A stretch of DNA of 64,000 bases from Candidatus Marinacidobacterales bacterium (GCA_965224085.1 CBDCYI010000004.1:320001-384000); one strand, 5' to 3'. Numbered from the stretch's first letter, positions 47,035-58,161 are shown. The notes: generated by a model from the letters alone, not told the origin. Numbers and translations: made by a program.

Positions 47035-49743
47035 ATGACCGAATCCATACACAACCCACTAGGTACCCGCACGACGCTCGACACCACCGAGGGCACCGGG
47101 CACGCCTACGCTCTCGAGCCGCTCGAAAAAGCTGGCCTGGGGAACATCTCGAGGATGCCGTTCAGCATAAAGGTGCTCTTGGAGGCCGTGGTCCGCAATT
47201 GTGACGGTGAGATCGTCACCGAAGACGATATCAAGACCCTCGCCGGCTGGCAGGCAAGCGACCCTGGCGACAGCGAAGTGCCCTTTTTGCCCGCACGCGT
47301 CATCCTTCAAGATTTCACGGGCGTTCCGGCCGTAGTCGATCTCGCGGCCATGCGATCGACGCTCGAGCGTCTGGGCGGCGACCCGGCACGCATCAACCCG
47401 GCCGTCCCGGTGGATCTCGTCATCGACCACTCGGTGCAGGTCGATGTGTTCGGAACGCCGCTCGCGCTCAGCCGCAACGCCGAAATCGAGTTCGAGCGCA
47501 ACCGCGAGCGCTACGAGTTTCTGCGCTGGGGAAAAAACGCCTTTGATGGCTTCCGCGTCGTGCCCCCCGCTACCGGGATCGTGCACCAGGTCAATCTCGA
47601 ATATCTCGCGACGGTCGTCATGAAGGGCGAGAAAAACGGCGAGACGTTTCTCTTTCCCGACAGCCTGGTGGGGACCGACTCGCATACGACGATGATCAAC
47701 GGCCTCGGCGTGCTCGGATGGGGCGTCGGCGGCATCGAAGCCGAAGCGGGCATGCTCGGACAGCCGTCCTATCTCATCATGCCGCAGGTCATCGGCTTCA
47801 AGATGCACGGGCAGCTGCGCGAGGGTGTTACCGCCACCGACTTGGTGCTCGTCGTGACCCAGATGCTTCGTGAAAAGGGCGTCGTCGAGAAGTTCGTCGA
47901 GTTCTACGGACAAGGCCTGTCTCAAATGTCCCTTCCCGATCGCGCAACGGTAGCGAACATGGCTCCAGAATACGGCGCGACGATGGGCTTTTTTCCGGTG
48001 GACGAGGAGACCCTTCGTTTTCTTCGGCGCACGGGCCGAAGCGACAGCCAAGTCGCGCGGGTCGAAGCCTATACGAAGATGCAGGGACTGTTCCGCACCG
48101 ATGAGGCGGCGGACCCTGAATTCACCGATACGCTCGAGCTCGATCTGGCCACTGTCGAGCCCAGCCTTGCAGGTCCCAAGCGCCCGCAAGACCGCATCGC
48201 GCTTTCCGGCATGAAGGACGCGTTCCGATCGGCGCTCACCACCTCGCCAAAAGAGCGCGGCTTCGGGTTGTCGTCCGACGAGCTTTCGCGGACTGCGACC
48301 GTGGCCTTCAACGGCACGCGCGAAAACGTCGGCCACGGCGCCGTGGTCATTGCCGCGATTACCTCTTGCACGAACACTTCGAATCCCTCGGTCATGTTGG
48401 CCGCGGGGCTGCTCGCCAAAAAAGCGACGGAGCGCGGGCTCAAAGTGCCGCCTTACGTCAAGACCTCGCTTGCGCCGGGCTCGAAAGTCGTGACCGAGTA
48501 TTTGCGCGAAGCCGGACTTCTCGCTTCGCTGGCCGATCTCGGGTTTCACCTCGTCGGTTATGGCTGCACGACCTGCATCGGCAATAGCGGTCCGCTTCCG
48601 GAGCCCGTTGAGAAGGCGGTCTCCGAAGGAGAGCTCGTCGCGGCCGCGGTGCTGTCGGGCAACCGCAATTTCGAAGGACGCGTCCACTCGCGCGTGCGCG
48701 CGAACTATCTTGCCTCGCCGCCTCTCGTCGTGGCTTATGCGCTCGCGGGCACCGTGGATCTCGACCTCGCGAGCGAGCCGCTCGGAAAAGACGTCGAGGG
48801 ACAAGCTGTCTATCTCGGGGACATTTGGCCAAGCCAAGAAGAAGTCAACGACATGCTGGATAAAGCGATCCGTCCGGCCATGTTCAAGAAGATGTACGGG
48901 AACGTCTGGGACGGGAACGCAGAGTGGAACAAGATCCCCGTCTCCGGCGGGAAGCTCTACGAGTGGAGCGAAGCGTCGACTTATATTCAGGAGCCACCGT
49001 TTTTCGAAGGCTTGACGCTCGAGTTCAATCCGCTTCAGAACATTTCGCGCGCGCGCGTGCTCGCGCTTCTCGGGGACTCGGTCACGACGGATCACATCTC
49101 CCCCGCTGGCGACATCCCGAACGACTCGCCCGCGGGACAGTACCTGCGCGCGCGCGGGCTCGAGAAGAAAGACTTCAACTCCTATGGCTCACGCCGCGGC
49201 AACGATCGGGTGATGCTCCGCGGCACTTTCGCGAATATCCGCATCAAGAACCAGCTCGTGCCCGGCGTCGAAGGCGGCTACACGGTGCACCTCCCGAGCG
49301 GCGAGCAGATGTTCATCTACGACGCGGCGATGCGCTATCAGGAGGAGGAGACACCGCTCGTCGTGGTCGCCGGAAAAGAATACGGCACCGGCTCCTCGCG
49401 CGACTGGGCCGCTAAAGGCACGCTCCTCATGGGGGTAAGGGCCGTCCTCGCGGAAAGCTACGAGCGCATTCATCGGAGTAATCTCGTGGGGATGGGCGTC
49501 CTCCCGCTTCAGTTCAAGCAAGGCGATGGAGCTGTGAGTCTTGGCATCACGGGTCAAGAGACGTTCGACATCAAACTGGGCGAGGATATCGAGCCGCGGC
49601 AAGAGCTCTCGGTGACCGCTACCCGTCCCGACGGCACGACCTTCACGTTCGATGTCATCGCCCGGCTCGACTCGAACGTGGACGTCACGTATTACAAAAA
49701 CGGCGGGATTCTGCACACGGTGCTTCGAAACCTGGCGAAGTAG
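47035..49743 (+). CDS. acnA: Aconitate hydratase A
   Basis: [62 protein letters not shown]; 902 aa. Confidence 0.98.
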   Translation: MTESIHNPLGTRTTLDTTEGTGHAYALEPLEKAGLGNISRMPFSIKVLLEAVVRNCDGEIVTEDDIKTLAGWQASDPGDSEVPFLPARVILQDFTGVPAVVDLAAMRSTLERLGGDPARINPAVPVDLVIDHSVQVDVFGTPLALSRNAEIEFERNRERYEFLRWGKNAFDGFRVVPPATGIVHQVNLEYLATVVMKGEKNGETFLFPDSLVGTDSHTTMINGLGVLGWGVGGIEAEAGMLGQPSYLIMPQVIGFKMHGQLREGVTATDLVLVVTQMLREKGVVEKFVEFYGQGLSQMSLPDRATVANMAPEYGATMGFFPVDEETLRFLRRTGRSDSQVARVEAYTKMQGLFRTDEAADPEFTDTLELDLATVEPSLAGPKRPQDRIALSGMKDAFRSALTTSPKERGFGLSSDELSRTATVAFNGTRENVGHGAVVIAAITSCTNTSNPSVMLAAGLLAKKATERGLKVPPYVKTSLAPGSKVVTEYLREAGLLASLADLGFHLVGYGCTTCIGNSGPLPEPVEKAVSEGELVAAAVLSGNRNFEGRVHSRVRANYLASPPLVVAYALAGTVDLDLASEPLGKDVEGQAVYLGDIWPSQEEVNDMLDKAIRPAMFKKMYGNVWDGNAEWNKIPVSGGKLYEWSEASTYIQEPPFFEGLTLEFNPLQNISRARVLALLGDSVTTDHISPAGDIPNDSPAGQYLRARGLEKKDFNSYGSRRGNDRVMLRGTFANIRIKNQLVPGVEGGYTVHLPSGEQMFIYDAAMRYQEEETPLVVVAGKEYGTGSSRDWAAKGTLLMGVRAVLAESYERIHRSNLVGMGVLPLQFKQGDGAVSLGITGQETFDIKLGEDIEPRQELSVTATRPDGTTFTFDVIARLDSNVDVTYYKNGGILHTVLRNLAK

Positions 49744-49884
49744 ATCAAGATCTGCTGGCGAGCAAGTTTCCGAGACGAACCTACACGAGAAGATTCAGAC
49801 AGGCTTGGGCCAGTCGGTCGTGAGATCTTGTCGTGGCGCGCCACCCCGTCCCCGACAGGGGCGACGTTGTATCGTGCACTTCGA

Positions 49885-50184
49885 CTAGTCGTAGTCGAAA
49901 GGATGTGGCGGCGGGGAGTCGTCCTTGTCCGCTTTTTCGAAGGCCTCTCGGAACTTCTTTTCGAGAAGCTCTTCTTTGTGCTCCTCCTCACGGACCGCTT
50001 GCGCGAAAGTGTCCTCCGCGTCGGTCTTGCGTTTCTTGTTACGCTCCACCGCTTGCTCGAACGTGACTTTGCCACCGCGCGGCGGCTCGTCGTGCGACAC
50101 AACAGCGCCGGTCTTGTGGTCGATGAGGAGCTTGGACTCGCAGCATGGGCAAACAACTTTGAAATCTTCATCGAGCATCGCCAA
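49885..50184 (-). CDS. Small CPCC-motif hypothetical protein
   Basis: VCPCCES.L.ID..TG, charged helix, C-terminal PPHPFDYD; RBS AGGAG. Confidence 0.75.
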   Translation of the reverse strand: MAMLDEDFKVVCPCCESKLLIDHKTGAVVSHDEPPRGGKVTFEQAVERNKKRKTDAEDTFAQAVREEEHKEELLEKKFREAFEKADKDDSPPPHPFDYD

Positions 50185-50248
50185 CTCCTATGGATGCATG
50201 ATAGGGTAGCCGCCCATCGGATTTCAAAGCCATCGACGGGGAGGAGCC

Positions 50249-50674
50249 ATGAGCGATTACGAGGACGCGCAACTGATTCTCCAGTTCTACGGCCTGCGGC
50301 GGGAGTCCCGCCTTCGGGAGGCCCGCTCGTTCGTGCTCGGCCGATTGAAAGCGAAGAACGTCGAAGAGCTCAATGACCTCTGTCCTCCGGGCTCAGAGGA
50401 GAATGCCTCGTTTCGGCAAGTGGTGAGTTACTGGGATATGGTCGCCGCGATCGTGAAACGAGACACCGTCGAGAAAGAGCTCTTCTTCGAGACCAACAGT
50501 GAGATCACCGTGGTGTGGGAGAAGGTGAAGCACCTCGTCCCCGAGCTGCGGGTGCAGTTCGGAAACCCCGCTTTTCTCGAGAGTCTCGAGCAGATCGCTA
50601 AAGAGCGCGAGGCTTACCTGAACGCCAAAGTCCCGGACTATCTCGAGTCTTTGCGTGAGCGCCTAAGCGTCTGA
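50249..50674 (+). CDS. Hypothetical protein (DUF4760-like)
   Basis: DAQLILQFY.LRRE..LREAR, RQVVSYWDM; RBS GGAGGAG. Confidence 0.8.
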   Translation: MSDYEDAQLILQFYGLRRESRLREARSFVLGRLKAKNVEELNDLCPPGSEENASFRQVVSYWDMVAAIVKRDTVEKELFFETNSEITVVWEKVKHLVPELRVQFGNPAFLESLEQIAKEREAYLNAKVPDYLESLRERLSV

Positions 50675-51172
50675 GCCCCCGGACGCTTCCGCGACCTGTT
50701 CCGACGTCATCCCGTAGATCGGGGGCGTCTCGATCCCGAGAAAGCCAGCATACGTATAGATTTGGCCGCGATGATGGATCTCGTGCTCGGGTAGGAGTCG
50801 AAGCCACTTCCATGTCGTAATAGGCGTGCCCGCGGGAGTGACACACTTGCCGCTCAAGTTCTCCGGCGTTAGCGTCGCGAAGATGGCCATCGACTCCTCG
50901 TGGCATTGATCGAAGAAGCGAAGAACGGCCTCTCGTCCGTCCGCGAGCTCCGTGCCGCACCCGCGATAGAGGCTCGGTTTCCCTTGAACGTTCTCGGCAT
51001 ACATGAAGCGCTCGATCGCTGCGAGATGGCGGATGAGATCGGCGAACGTAAACTTGCCTTCGATGGGCGTCCACTCCATCTTGTCGTCCGGGATGACGTC
51101 GATGAGTCGCTTCGTGCGCTGGCGCACCTTGCCGTAATACTCGAGAAACACGTTGATATGAGTGAACTCCAA
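50663..51172 (-). CDS. DinB family protein
   Basis: DLIRHLAAIE, EHEIHHRGQIY; TTG start inferred. Confidence 0.88.
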   Translation of the reverse strand: MEFTHINVFLEYYGKVRQRTKRLIDVIPDDKMEWTPIEGKFTFADLIRHLAAIERFMYAENVQGKPSLYRGCGTELADGREAVLRFFDQCHEESMAIFATLTPENLSGKCVTPAGTPITTWKWLRLLPEHEIHHRGQIYTYAGFLGIETPPIYGMTSEQVAEASGGSDA

Positions 51173-51174
51173 AG

Positions 51175-52113
51175 TCAGCGCTCCAAGATCTTCGACAGAA
51201 CTTCCGTATCGATGTTGCCCCCCGAAACGATGCAGACGATCTTCTCGGCTTCGACTTTGTCGCTGAGCGCCACAGCTACGGGCACAGCGCCCGCGCCTTC
51301 GGACACGACGCGATTGCGCTCGACTAGGAGCCGAAGTGCTCTTTCCACTTCGGCGACACTCGCCGTGAAGGCTCCTTTCAAGAGCTCCTGCGCGAGTGGC
51401 CACATCTTCGGGAGCAGGCCTCCGCTTCCAATCCCATCCACGAAGGAAGGTTTCCGGTCGACCCCCGTCATCTCCCCGGCAGAGAAAGAAGCGCTCAAAG
51501 GCGCAGCGGTCTCGACCTCGACCCCGTAGACGCGCGTTTCAGGCCGCAACTCGGCGAGCCCGCTCGCGATGCCGCTCGAGAGGCCGCCGCCGCCCCAGGG
51601 GACCAACACGACGTCAGGGTCCGGCAAGTCCTCGAAAAGCTCGAGTGCGATCGTTCCATTCCCCGCCATGACGGGCTCGTCTTCGACCGGATGCAAGAAA
51701 AAGCCCTCGACTCTATCGAAGCGCCGCTCCGTCATGCACTGCCACCAAGCATCGTACGGCACGTCGATGTGACGCGCTCCGAGCCGATCGATCGCCGTGA
51801 GCTTTGTTTTGGGCGCGTGGTCGGGAACGATGATGGTGCACGGGATGTTCTTCTCGCGCGCCACCCATGCGACGCCTTGCGCCCAATTGCCGGCGCTCGC
51901 AGTGACGACGCCTTTTGCGATTTATTCGGGAGGCGCGAGCCGGAACGCGTTGATCGCGCCCCGCAGCTTGAACGAAGCGATGGGTTGGAGGTTCTCGAGC
52001 TTGAGATAAATCTCTCGTGGGCTCTCGGGGTAGTTCAAGCGCACGAGCGGCGTTCGCAATACCCGATCTTCGATAGCTTTTCTTGCGGCTCGGATCTCCG
52101 TGATGGGTATCAC
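51175..52113 (-). pseudogene. Serine/threonine dehydratase with nonsense codon
   Basis: RTPL, KLENLQ..SFKLRGA, in-frame TAA at 51922-51924, then ASAGN, PWGGGGL, EGAGA, SGGN. Confidence 0.88.
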
Positions 52114-52163
52114 GGGCGAGTTGTACCACGTTCGGACTGGAGGCGTGGTGCTACACTGCCGTC

Positions 52164-52937
52164 GTGCTTCTCGTGCTCGATATCGGCAATGCGAAAACCG
52201 CCATCGGTGTGTATCACGACGGTGGCTGGAAGACCGATTGGCGCGTCACGACGCATCTCGACCATCTTGCCGACGAATACTACGTTCTTTTGAAATCACT
52301 TCTCGAGGACAAGGGGCTTTCCTGGAACGACATTTCCGGCGCCGTGATCGCGAGCGTGGTGCCGCCCTTGACCGCGACGTTTCAGGAGCTCACCGAGCGC
52401 TTGCTGGGACACCCTCCGCTCATCGTGGCGCTCGGCGTCGAGACCGGGATCGGCATCAAGATCGACAACCCGGAGGAGGTCGGCGCCGATCGCGTCGCCA
52501 ATACGGCGGCGGTGCATAAGCTCTATGGCGGACCGGCCATCGTGGCCGATCTAGGAACGGCGACGACCTTCGATGTGGTCTCGAAAGAGGGCGACTATCT
52601 CGGCGGCGCGATCGCTCCCGGGCTCGGGATCACAGCGGACGCGCTCGTGCGGCGCACCTCGAAGCTCCCAAGAGTCGAGCTCACCCTTCCGGAGAAGGCC
52701 ATCGGCACCAACACCGTGAGTGCGATGCGGTCCGGGCTCGTTCTCGGTTATCTAGGGCTCGTGAAGGAGCTCGTGGCGCGTCTCAAGACGGAAGTGCCCG
52801 GCGAGCCGAAAGTAATCGCGACCGGCGGCATGGCTGAGATCGTCGCCGAATGGACCCAAGTGATCGACATCGTAAACCCTCGGCTGACGCTCGAGGGCCT
52901 GAGGATCATCTACGAGCTGAATGAGTCGTTGGTATAG
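52164..52937 (+). CDS. coaX: Type III pantothenate kinase
   Basis: LDIGN, ASVVP, EVGADR, DLGTATT, GGAIAPG, ATGG. Confidence 0.96.
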   Translation: MLLVLDIGNAKTAIGVYHDGGWKTDWRVTTHLDHLADEYYVLLKSLLEDKGLSWNDISGAVIASVVPPLTATFQELTERLLGHPPLIVALGVETGIGIKIDNPEEVGADRVANTAAVHKLYGGPAIVADLGTATTFDVVSKEGDYLGGAIAPGLGITADALVRRTSKLPRVELTLPEKAIGTNTVSAMRSGLVLGYLGLVKELVARLKTEVPGEPKVIATGGMAEIVAEWTQVIDIVNPRLTLEGLRIIYELNESLV

Positions 52938-52940
52938 TTA

Positions 52941-54627
52941 GTTCCTGTCCAGAAACACCATAACTTGTGGTGTACGAGAGGCCTATCGAAGATGTGGGTA
53001 TTATACGTTTTCAGTCGGCACCTCGTAGGCTCGGAAGCGAATGAAAATCTTGGACGAAACGAGAGGCGAATCGTCAGCAATCCATGGCTATAAACGCAGT
53101 AAGAGTAATCATTATTATCGTAATAGGTTCCTTGCCATTACCAACAGGTTGCAGGTGATGATGGAACTCCATACGTAGGATTTGAAAGAAGGCAATGAGC
53201 GCCATGTGCATCGGTCGAGACCAAAGACTCGTTTCAAGAACGAAATGACGCCTTCGATTCCGCAGCGAAATCGCCGTAGGCGTTGATAGACCCAGGAACT
53301 CTTGACCATATCGGTCACCGCGAAGTGAGCCTTGGTAAAGGCAACATCTTCAACTCCCTTGCCTTTGATGGCTTCCAAGTTTGCCTTTGAAGAAAACGCG
53401 CCATCGTAGGCAACCTGGCGCGGGGCCCGTTCGTAGAGTTCGACTTGACGGTCGATCATGGTTTCCGCGAGAGTTGAATCGGACGAATTCCCATCCAAGA
53501 TCACGCAATCCAAAATCATCGAGGACGAGCCACCAGTCAAACACACCTTGTGACCGTAGAGAGTCTCGCGCCGGTCTTTGCGAATAATGTCGGTGTGTTC
53601 TTCGAAGATCGAAACGACCTTTTCCTCCGCAGGCACACGCTCTTCATCAATCACTCTACGCCGAGTTTGGTTGATGACTTTTTCGGTGAGGACGAGAAAG
53701 TGCTTAAAATCCGCGGCGATCTTCTCCGCACTCGCTCGCTTCACCGGCTCGGTCAAGCCGGACTCGTCCAACTGGTCTGCAACGCGTTGAGCGGAGCGAT
53801 AGGTTTCTTCCGACACCTTCAGTAGATCTCGATAGACGCGACGCCTTTGTTCCTTATCCTTCGCGTTTAGAACTCCCAGTCGACGTCTCTTCGCTCGACG
53901 CGTTCGATTGCCGAAGACCACTACTGTACCCAGCAGTTCGCGAGTTCGGCACATGAGGCGAGTGAGAACTCGGACGCAGTCATAAAGAAGCTCGGAGTCC
54001 GTAGGAGAATGAATATTCGACTCCACTACCGTGCAGTCCACTCGTACTTTTCTTCCTTTTTCGATCGCGGTCTTCTCGGCAACACTCACCAACTCTCGGT
54101 TGATTTTCTCCAGCGTTTCGAACTTCACGGCTTTGATGTTTGCTGCTAGGGTCGACTTCGACGGGCTCGGCTCTATGATGCCGAGCTGGCAAAACGTCCG
54201 ATAGCTTCGAGAGTCTGCCAAGTGAAACGCCAACTCCCGATAGGTGAACTGATTCAGCTGCTTGACCAACAACGCCCGGAGAACCTGCTCCGCGCTCATT
54301 CCCCCACGACCAACATCGCTCCCTGCCGATGGGCGAGTGACCGACCTCAGGTCTTGCAGTACCAGCTCATTCAGCTTAGGATGGGCATCGAGCAGCGATG
54401 ATATCGTTTCGAGTTCGCGTGCGTGCTCCAGCTCCAGCCAGGGCTCGCGAAGGCTTGGTTGTGGGTTGATCGTTTTTCGCATTTAGGGCTGGTCTCCTTT
54501 GGAGTTAAGTCGTTTAGAATCTGCGTTTTTGTCGACTCGATACTAAACGACACTCCCTCAGAAGGCTAGCCCTAAATTTGCGATTAACCCTTTTTTCTCA
54601 ACCTCTTACACCTGTCAGGACGGGTAC
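52941..54627 (-). mobile_element. ISNCY-family IS, copy 4 (1687 bp)
   Basis: Same ends; TAGTTA at 52935-52940 and 54628-54633; 3-bp insertion (SVTRPS). Confidence 0.92.
53115..54482 (-). CDS. ISNCY-family DDE transposase
   Basis: 455 aa, near-identical to the other copies. Confidence 0.92.
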   Translation of the reverse strand: MRKTINPQPSLREPWLELEHARELETISSLLDAHPKLNELVLQDLRSVTRPSAGSDVGRGGMSAEQVLRALLVKQLNQFTYRELAFHLADSRSYRTFCQLGIIEPSPSKSTLAANIKAVKFETLEKINRELVSVAEKTAIEKGRKVRVDCTVVESNIHSPTDSELLYDCVRVLTRLMCRTRELLGTVVVFGNRTRRAKRRRLGVLNAKDKEQRRRVYRDLLKVSEETYRSAQRVADQLDESGLTEPVKRASAEKIAADFKHFLVLTEKVINQTRRRVIDEERVPAEEKVVSIFEEHTDIIRKDRRETLYGHKVCLTGGSSSMILDCVILDGNSSDSTLAETMIDRQVELYERAPRQVAYDGAFSSKANLEAIKGKGVEDVAFTKAHFAVTDMVKSSWVYQRLRRFRCGIEGVISFLKRVFGLDRCTWRSLPSFKSYVWSSIITCNLLVMARNLLR

Positions 54628-54630
54628 TAG

Positions 54631-55464
54631 TTAGCGAATCAGCTCGAACTCGGGGGCTTTGTCCACGACCCCCACCGCCTCCGCCCGCGCGAAGAGTTCG
54701 CGCAGCGCTTTCTCGCCGGCGTCGCCCATGTCCTTCGTGATGTCCGACACGTACATCTTCACGAAGCGGCGGCCGAGCTCGCGCTCGAGGCCGCGGCCGA
54801 ACTTGAGCGAATAGGTGAGCGCCTCATCTTCGTTCTCATAGGCCCAGTCGATGCTCGCGCGCATCGCACGGTTGATCTCCTCCGCGAGCTCGTGCCCGAG
54901 ATCGCGCCGTACGACGTCGAGGCCGAGCGGCAGAGGAAGCCCCGTTTCTTTTTCCCACCGCTCTCCAAAGTCCAGTATTTTGTGATAGCCCTTGTCGGCA
55001 TAGGTCAGCTGGCCTTCGTGGATGATAACGCCAGCATCCGCGTCGCCTTTGTCGACGGCGTCAAAGATCGCGTCGAATGGCCGAACGACCGCGTCGAACT
55101 TTGGAAGGAAGATGCGCGAGAGAAGCGCCGCTGTCGTGATCTCACCGGGAATGGCGACGCGCTTGCCTTCGAGCTCGTCGATCGTAAGCGCTTCTTTCGA
55201 GACGACGACCGGGCCGTAGCCCTCGCCCATGCTCGCGCCCGTCGCCATGATCCAATATTTGTCGGCGACGGAGAGAAAGGCATGCGCCGAAATGGCCGTG
55301 ACCTCGAGATCGCCGTTCATCGCTCGCTCGTTGAGCGTCTGGATGTCCTGGAGCACATGGTCAATTTCGAAATCGAGAATTTTGACGGCGCCGTGCGAGA
55401 GCGCGCAAAACATGAACGCGTCATCGGGGTCCGGGCTATGCCCGATTTGCAAAACGTTTGACAT
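54631..55464 (-). CDS. mqnD: 1,4-dihydroxy-6-naphthoate synthase (futalosine pathway)
   Basis: GHSPDPDDAFMF, DIQTLN, G.GYGP, IHEG, LPLPLG, MYV. Confidence 0.92.
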   Translation of the reverse strand: MSNVLQIGHSPDPDDAFMFCALSHGAVKILDFEIDHVLQDIQTLNERAMNGDLEVTAISAHAFLSVADKYWIMATGASMGEGYGPVVVSKEALTIDELEGKRVAIPGEITTAALLSRIFLPKFDAVVRPFDAIFDAVDKGDADAGVIIHEGQLTYADKGYHKILDFGERWEKETGLPLPLGLDVVRRDLGHELAEEINRAMRASIDWAYENEDEALTYSLKFGRGLERELGRRFVKMYVSDITKDMGDAGEKALRELFARAEAVGVVDKAPEFELIR

Positions 55465-57034
55465 CGGTTTCCTTTCTTGAATCGATTTGATGCAAATAGG
55501 CGCGCGGCACGTCGATGGCCAAGGCTTTCTTGGTCGCCTTCAGGCTGGCGTGGATGAAACAGACATGCGTGCACCAGCAGCCATCACGCTCGATGGCGGC
55601 CATTTCGTCGGTACGCTCACGCGACTGCCAGAAGCGGCTCCAATCGCAATCATAGTCGCGAAGATTGCCGAGCCGCTCGCGAAGCTCGCACGAGCGGATA
55701 TCACCATTTGCGTCCAAGACCGCAATGTTCTGCGCGGCGGTACACGGCATGGGCCATCGATGACGGCGTTCGAGGTTCGCGGCTTGGATCTCGTGGTACA
55801 GGCCGAGCACGCCGAGATAGGTCGCCTTGCCCAACCAGCTGTTGCGGGCGCCGACCTTGGAAGCGTAGTGCTCATAGACAGGCTTCAGATCCTGATGGAG
55901 CTGCTCTAGTGTGTCCTTGTGGACTTCGAGAAGCGTGGGATCCATGGGCTCGCCTCGGATGATCTGAAAGTAGTGCCCGTCGAGATCGAAACGCTCGCGC
56001 ATGATCCTCCCGAGCTCGAGCATCTCGACTACGTTCTCGCGGCAAATGACGGAGTTCACGTGAAGCCTCAGCCGGGCGTCGCGATGGCGGGTCTTGGGAC
56101 TCGGGTTGTCACAGAGGTCGGCCGCGGCCTGGTACACGGAGATCGTCCCGCGTTCGACCGCGCCCCCGTCGAGCTGTTCACGCAGCGCCATCGCGGCATC
56201 GATCGCAGCGTGCGTATGTCGGCAGGACGCGTACGGCTTGAGCGAGACGCCCGGAAGCGCCAAGGGCGGCTCGCCAAGTCCCGCAGTGACTTTGTCCGGC
56301 TCGCCTTGCGGAGCCAGTCCGGCGAAGAATCCGCGCTCGCCTTCCACGATCGAGCGCGCGCCCGTGAAACCATGCGCGGCGAGCTCTGCGGCGCGAAACC
56401 CGCTCGCAGCGGCGTGTCCCGTGTGTAGGTGTTTCGACATCGCACCTTCCGCGTTGAACTCCCAAAGGCCGAAGGCCATCGTGCCCGCATTGCCGAGCGC
56501 CCACGTCAGCGCTTCGGAATCGAGCCCGCGAAGCCACCCCGCCGCCATTGCGGAGCCGAAGATGCCGCAAGTCGATGTGTTGTGAAAGTGATAGTAATGT
56601 TTCGCGCCGACGGCCGAGCCGAAACGGATCGCGACCTCGAAGCCGGCAACGATCGCGGAGAGCAGCTCTCTTCCATTCCGTCCATCACGTCCGTAGGCGG
56701 CCAGCGCGGCGGGCATGACGACGGCGCCGGGATGGACGATCGAGACGCGGTCGACATCATCCATCTCGACGACATGCGAGAGCGCGCCGTTCGCGAACGC
56801 CGCCGCTTCCGCCGACCGGCCCACGGTTTCGCCGCAGACGAGAGCGTCTCCGCTCGGCTGGGCGCGCGTATATTCCAAAATCGCGCGCCCCGGCTCCGTC
56901 CCGCGACCTGCAAAAGCGCTCGCGAGCCAGTCGAGCACGAAGAGCTGCGCGCTCTCGAGAACTTCGTCATCGAACCCGCGCGTACGTTGCTCAAAGGCCC
57001 ACTCGACCAGGGCTTCGGTCGCCGTTGCGGTCAA
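55436..57034 (-). pseudogene. In-frame chimera: MmgE/PrpD N-terminal two-thirds fused to a radical SAM/SPASM C-terminus
   Basis: PrpD motifs H..EMDD, HPG, H.TST.G, KPYASCR..H up to about 56090, then PCTAAQ...NGDIRSCE...GNLRD...CWCTH.C; no CxxxCxxC motif. Confidence 0.8.
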
Positions 57035-58034
57035 TTCGTTGTCGCTCCGCGAGGAATGACGGGAAGCACCAGCTTGGACGGGTGCTCCCGGTCGTGATAA
57101 ATCGAATTCTTCGCGACAACACCGGGAAAATCCTCGTCCATTTCCTTTCCCGTGTTGCCGTTTGGATACCACTTGGGAAAGCTGCTGCTCGAGAGAACGA
57201 TGCGGATGCGATGCCCTTGGAGAAACAAGTTCGAGATGGGATACATCTCGATCCCGAAAGGATAGATCTCGCCGCGCTTCATGAAGACCGGCGCTTCGTC
57301 TCCTTCCCGATAGCGCGCTCGTAGAATGTTCTGGCGGAGCGTCTGCGAACAGCCGTCGGGTTGTACGTCGGTGATCGTGACGACCCAATCCGTATCCACA
57401 GCGCTCGAAGACGCGTAGAACTCGAGCTTTGGCAGACCGGTCACTTCGACGGGGCTCGTGAGCGCTCGTCGTATAGGTGAGGCTCCTCTTCCCGGCAGGG
57501 CGGTGATCCCGCGCTCCGTTCGGCTGCACGAAGAGGTCGCCGCCAATCGACGGCACGGGGTTGCATGAGCGCAGAACATCGCTTCGAGATGAGGCGGCTT
57601 CGTTACCATCGTGAGGTATTGATTCGCGCAGGTGAAGGAAAGCCCCATGGTCCCGACTTTGCCATTGGACCAAGACTGCTTCGCGGCCCACTCGATCGTG
57701 TCGTGGCCGTCCTGTCGCTCTCCCCAACCCTCATCGCGCAACCAGTAATTCGTTCCTTCGGAGTTGTACCGTCCTCGTTCGTCCTGGATGAGGACGACGT
57801 AGCCGCGCTTGACGAAATAGCGCGCGTGCAAGTGCTCGCACCCACGTTTGTTGTAGGGCGTGCGCTCGATGAGGACCGGGTAGGGGCCTTCGAACTGATT
57901 CTCGGGAACGTAGATGTCGGTCGCCAGCTCGACACCGTCACGCATCGGCACCATGACTCTCGGCATTCCCACGTCTGGCCGAATGCCCAGGTTGGTACCA
58001 CCACCAGACAGAAACAGAAAATCCAACGCCGCAT
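57031..58034 (-). pseudogene. CocE/NonD-family hydrolase, internally deleted and frameshifted
   Basis: Signal peptide MRRWIF (58034) is out of frame with MVPMRDGVELATD, RTPY, QD.RG, WSNGKVG.MGLS; then jumps to NPVPSIGG in another frame and the C-terminal SSSSFP. Confidence 0.85.
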
Positions 58035-58161
58035 GATCTCCTCCCGCACAGGGATGTATCTCAAGCGCGTACTGGGCGTCAACCGTTAGAATGGGCATCC
58101 TGGAGGTCTCCATGAACCGGTGTGCCTTTCTCGCAGCGCCACGCTCCTGTCGTCGATGACT

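Noticed and set aside
47059-49095. 678-aa ORF antisense to acnA and other long shadow ORFs
   Set aside because: Typical GC-rich antisense or alternate-frame artefacts with no protein motifs.
49745-49884. 6S or other ncRNA between acnA and the CPCC gene
   Set aside because: An imperfect long stem (CAAGATCT/AGATCTTG) exists, but there is no clear 6S architecture or terminator; too weak to call.
55436-57727. 763-aa ORF as a single protein (likewise the extended N-termini of 8501..10090, 31051..32160 and 38944..40248)
   Set aside because: The extensions are alternate frames of neighbouring genes; true starts are marked by stop/start overlaps or by where family homology begins.
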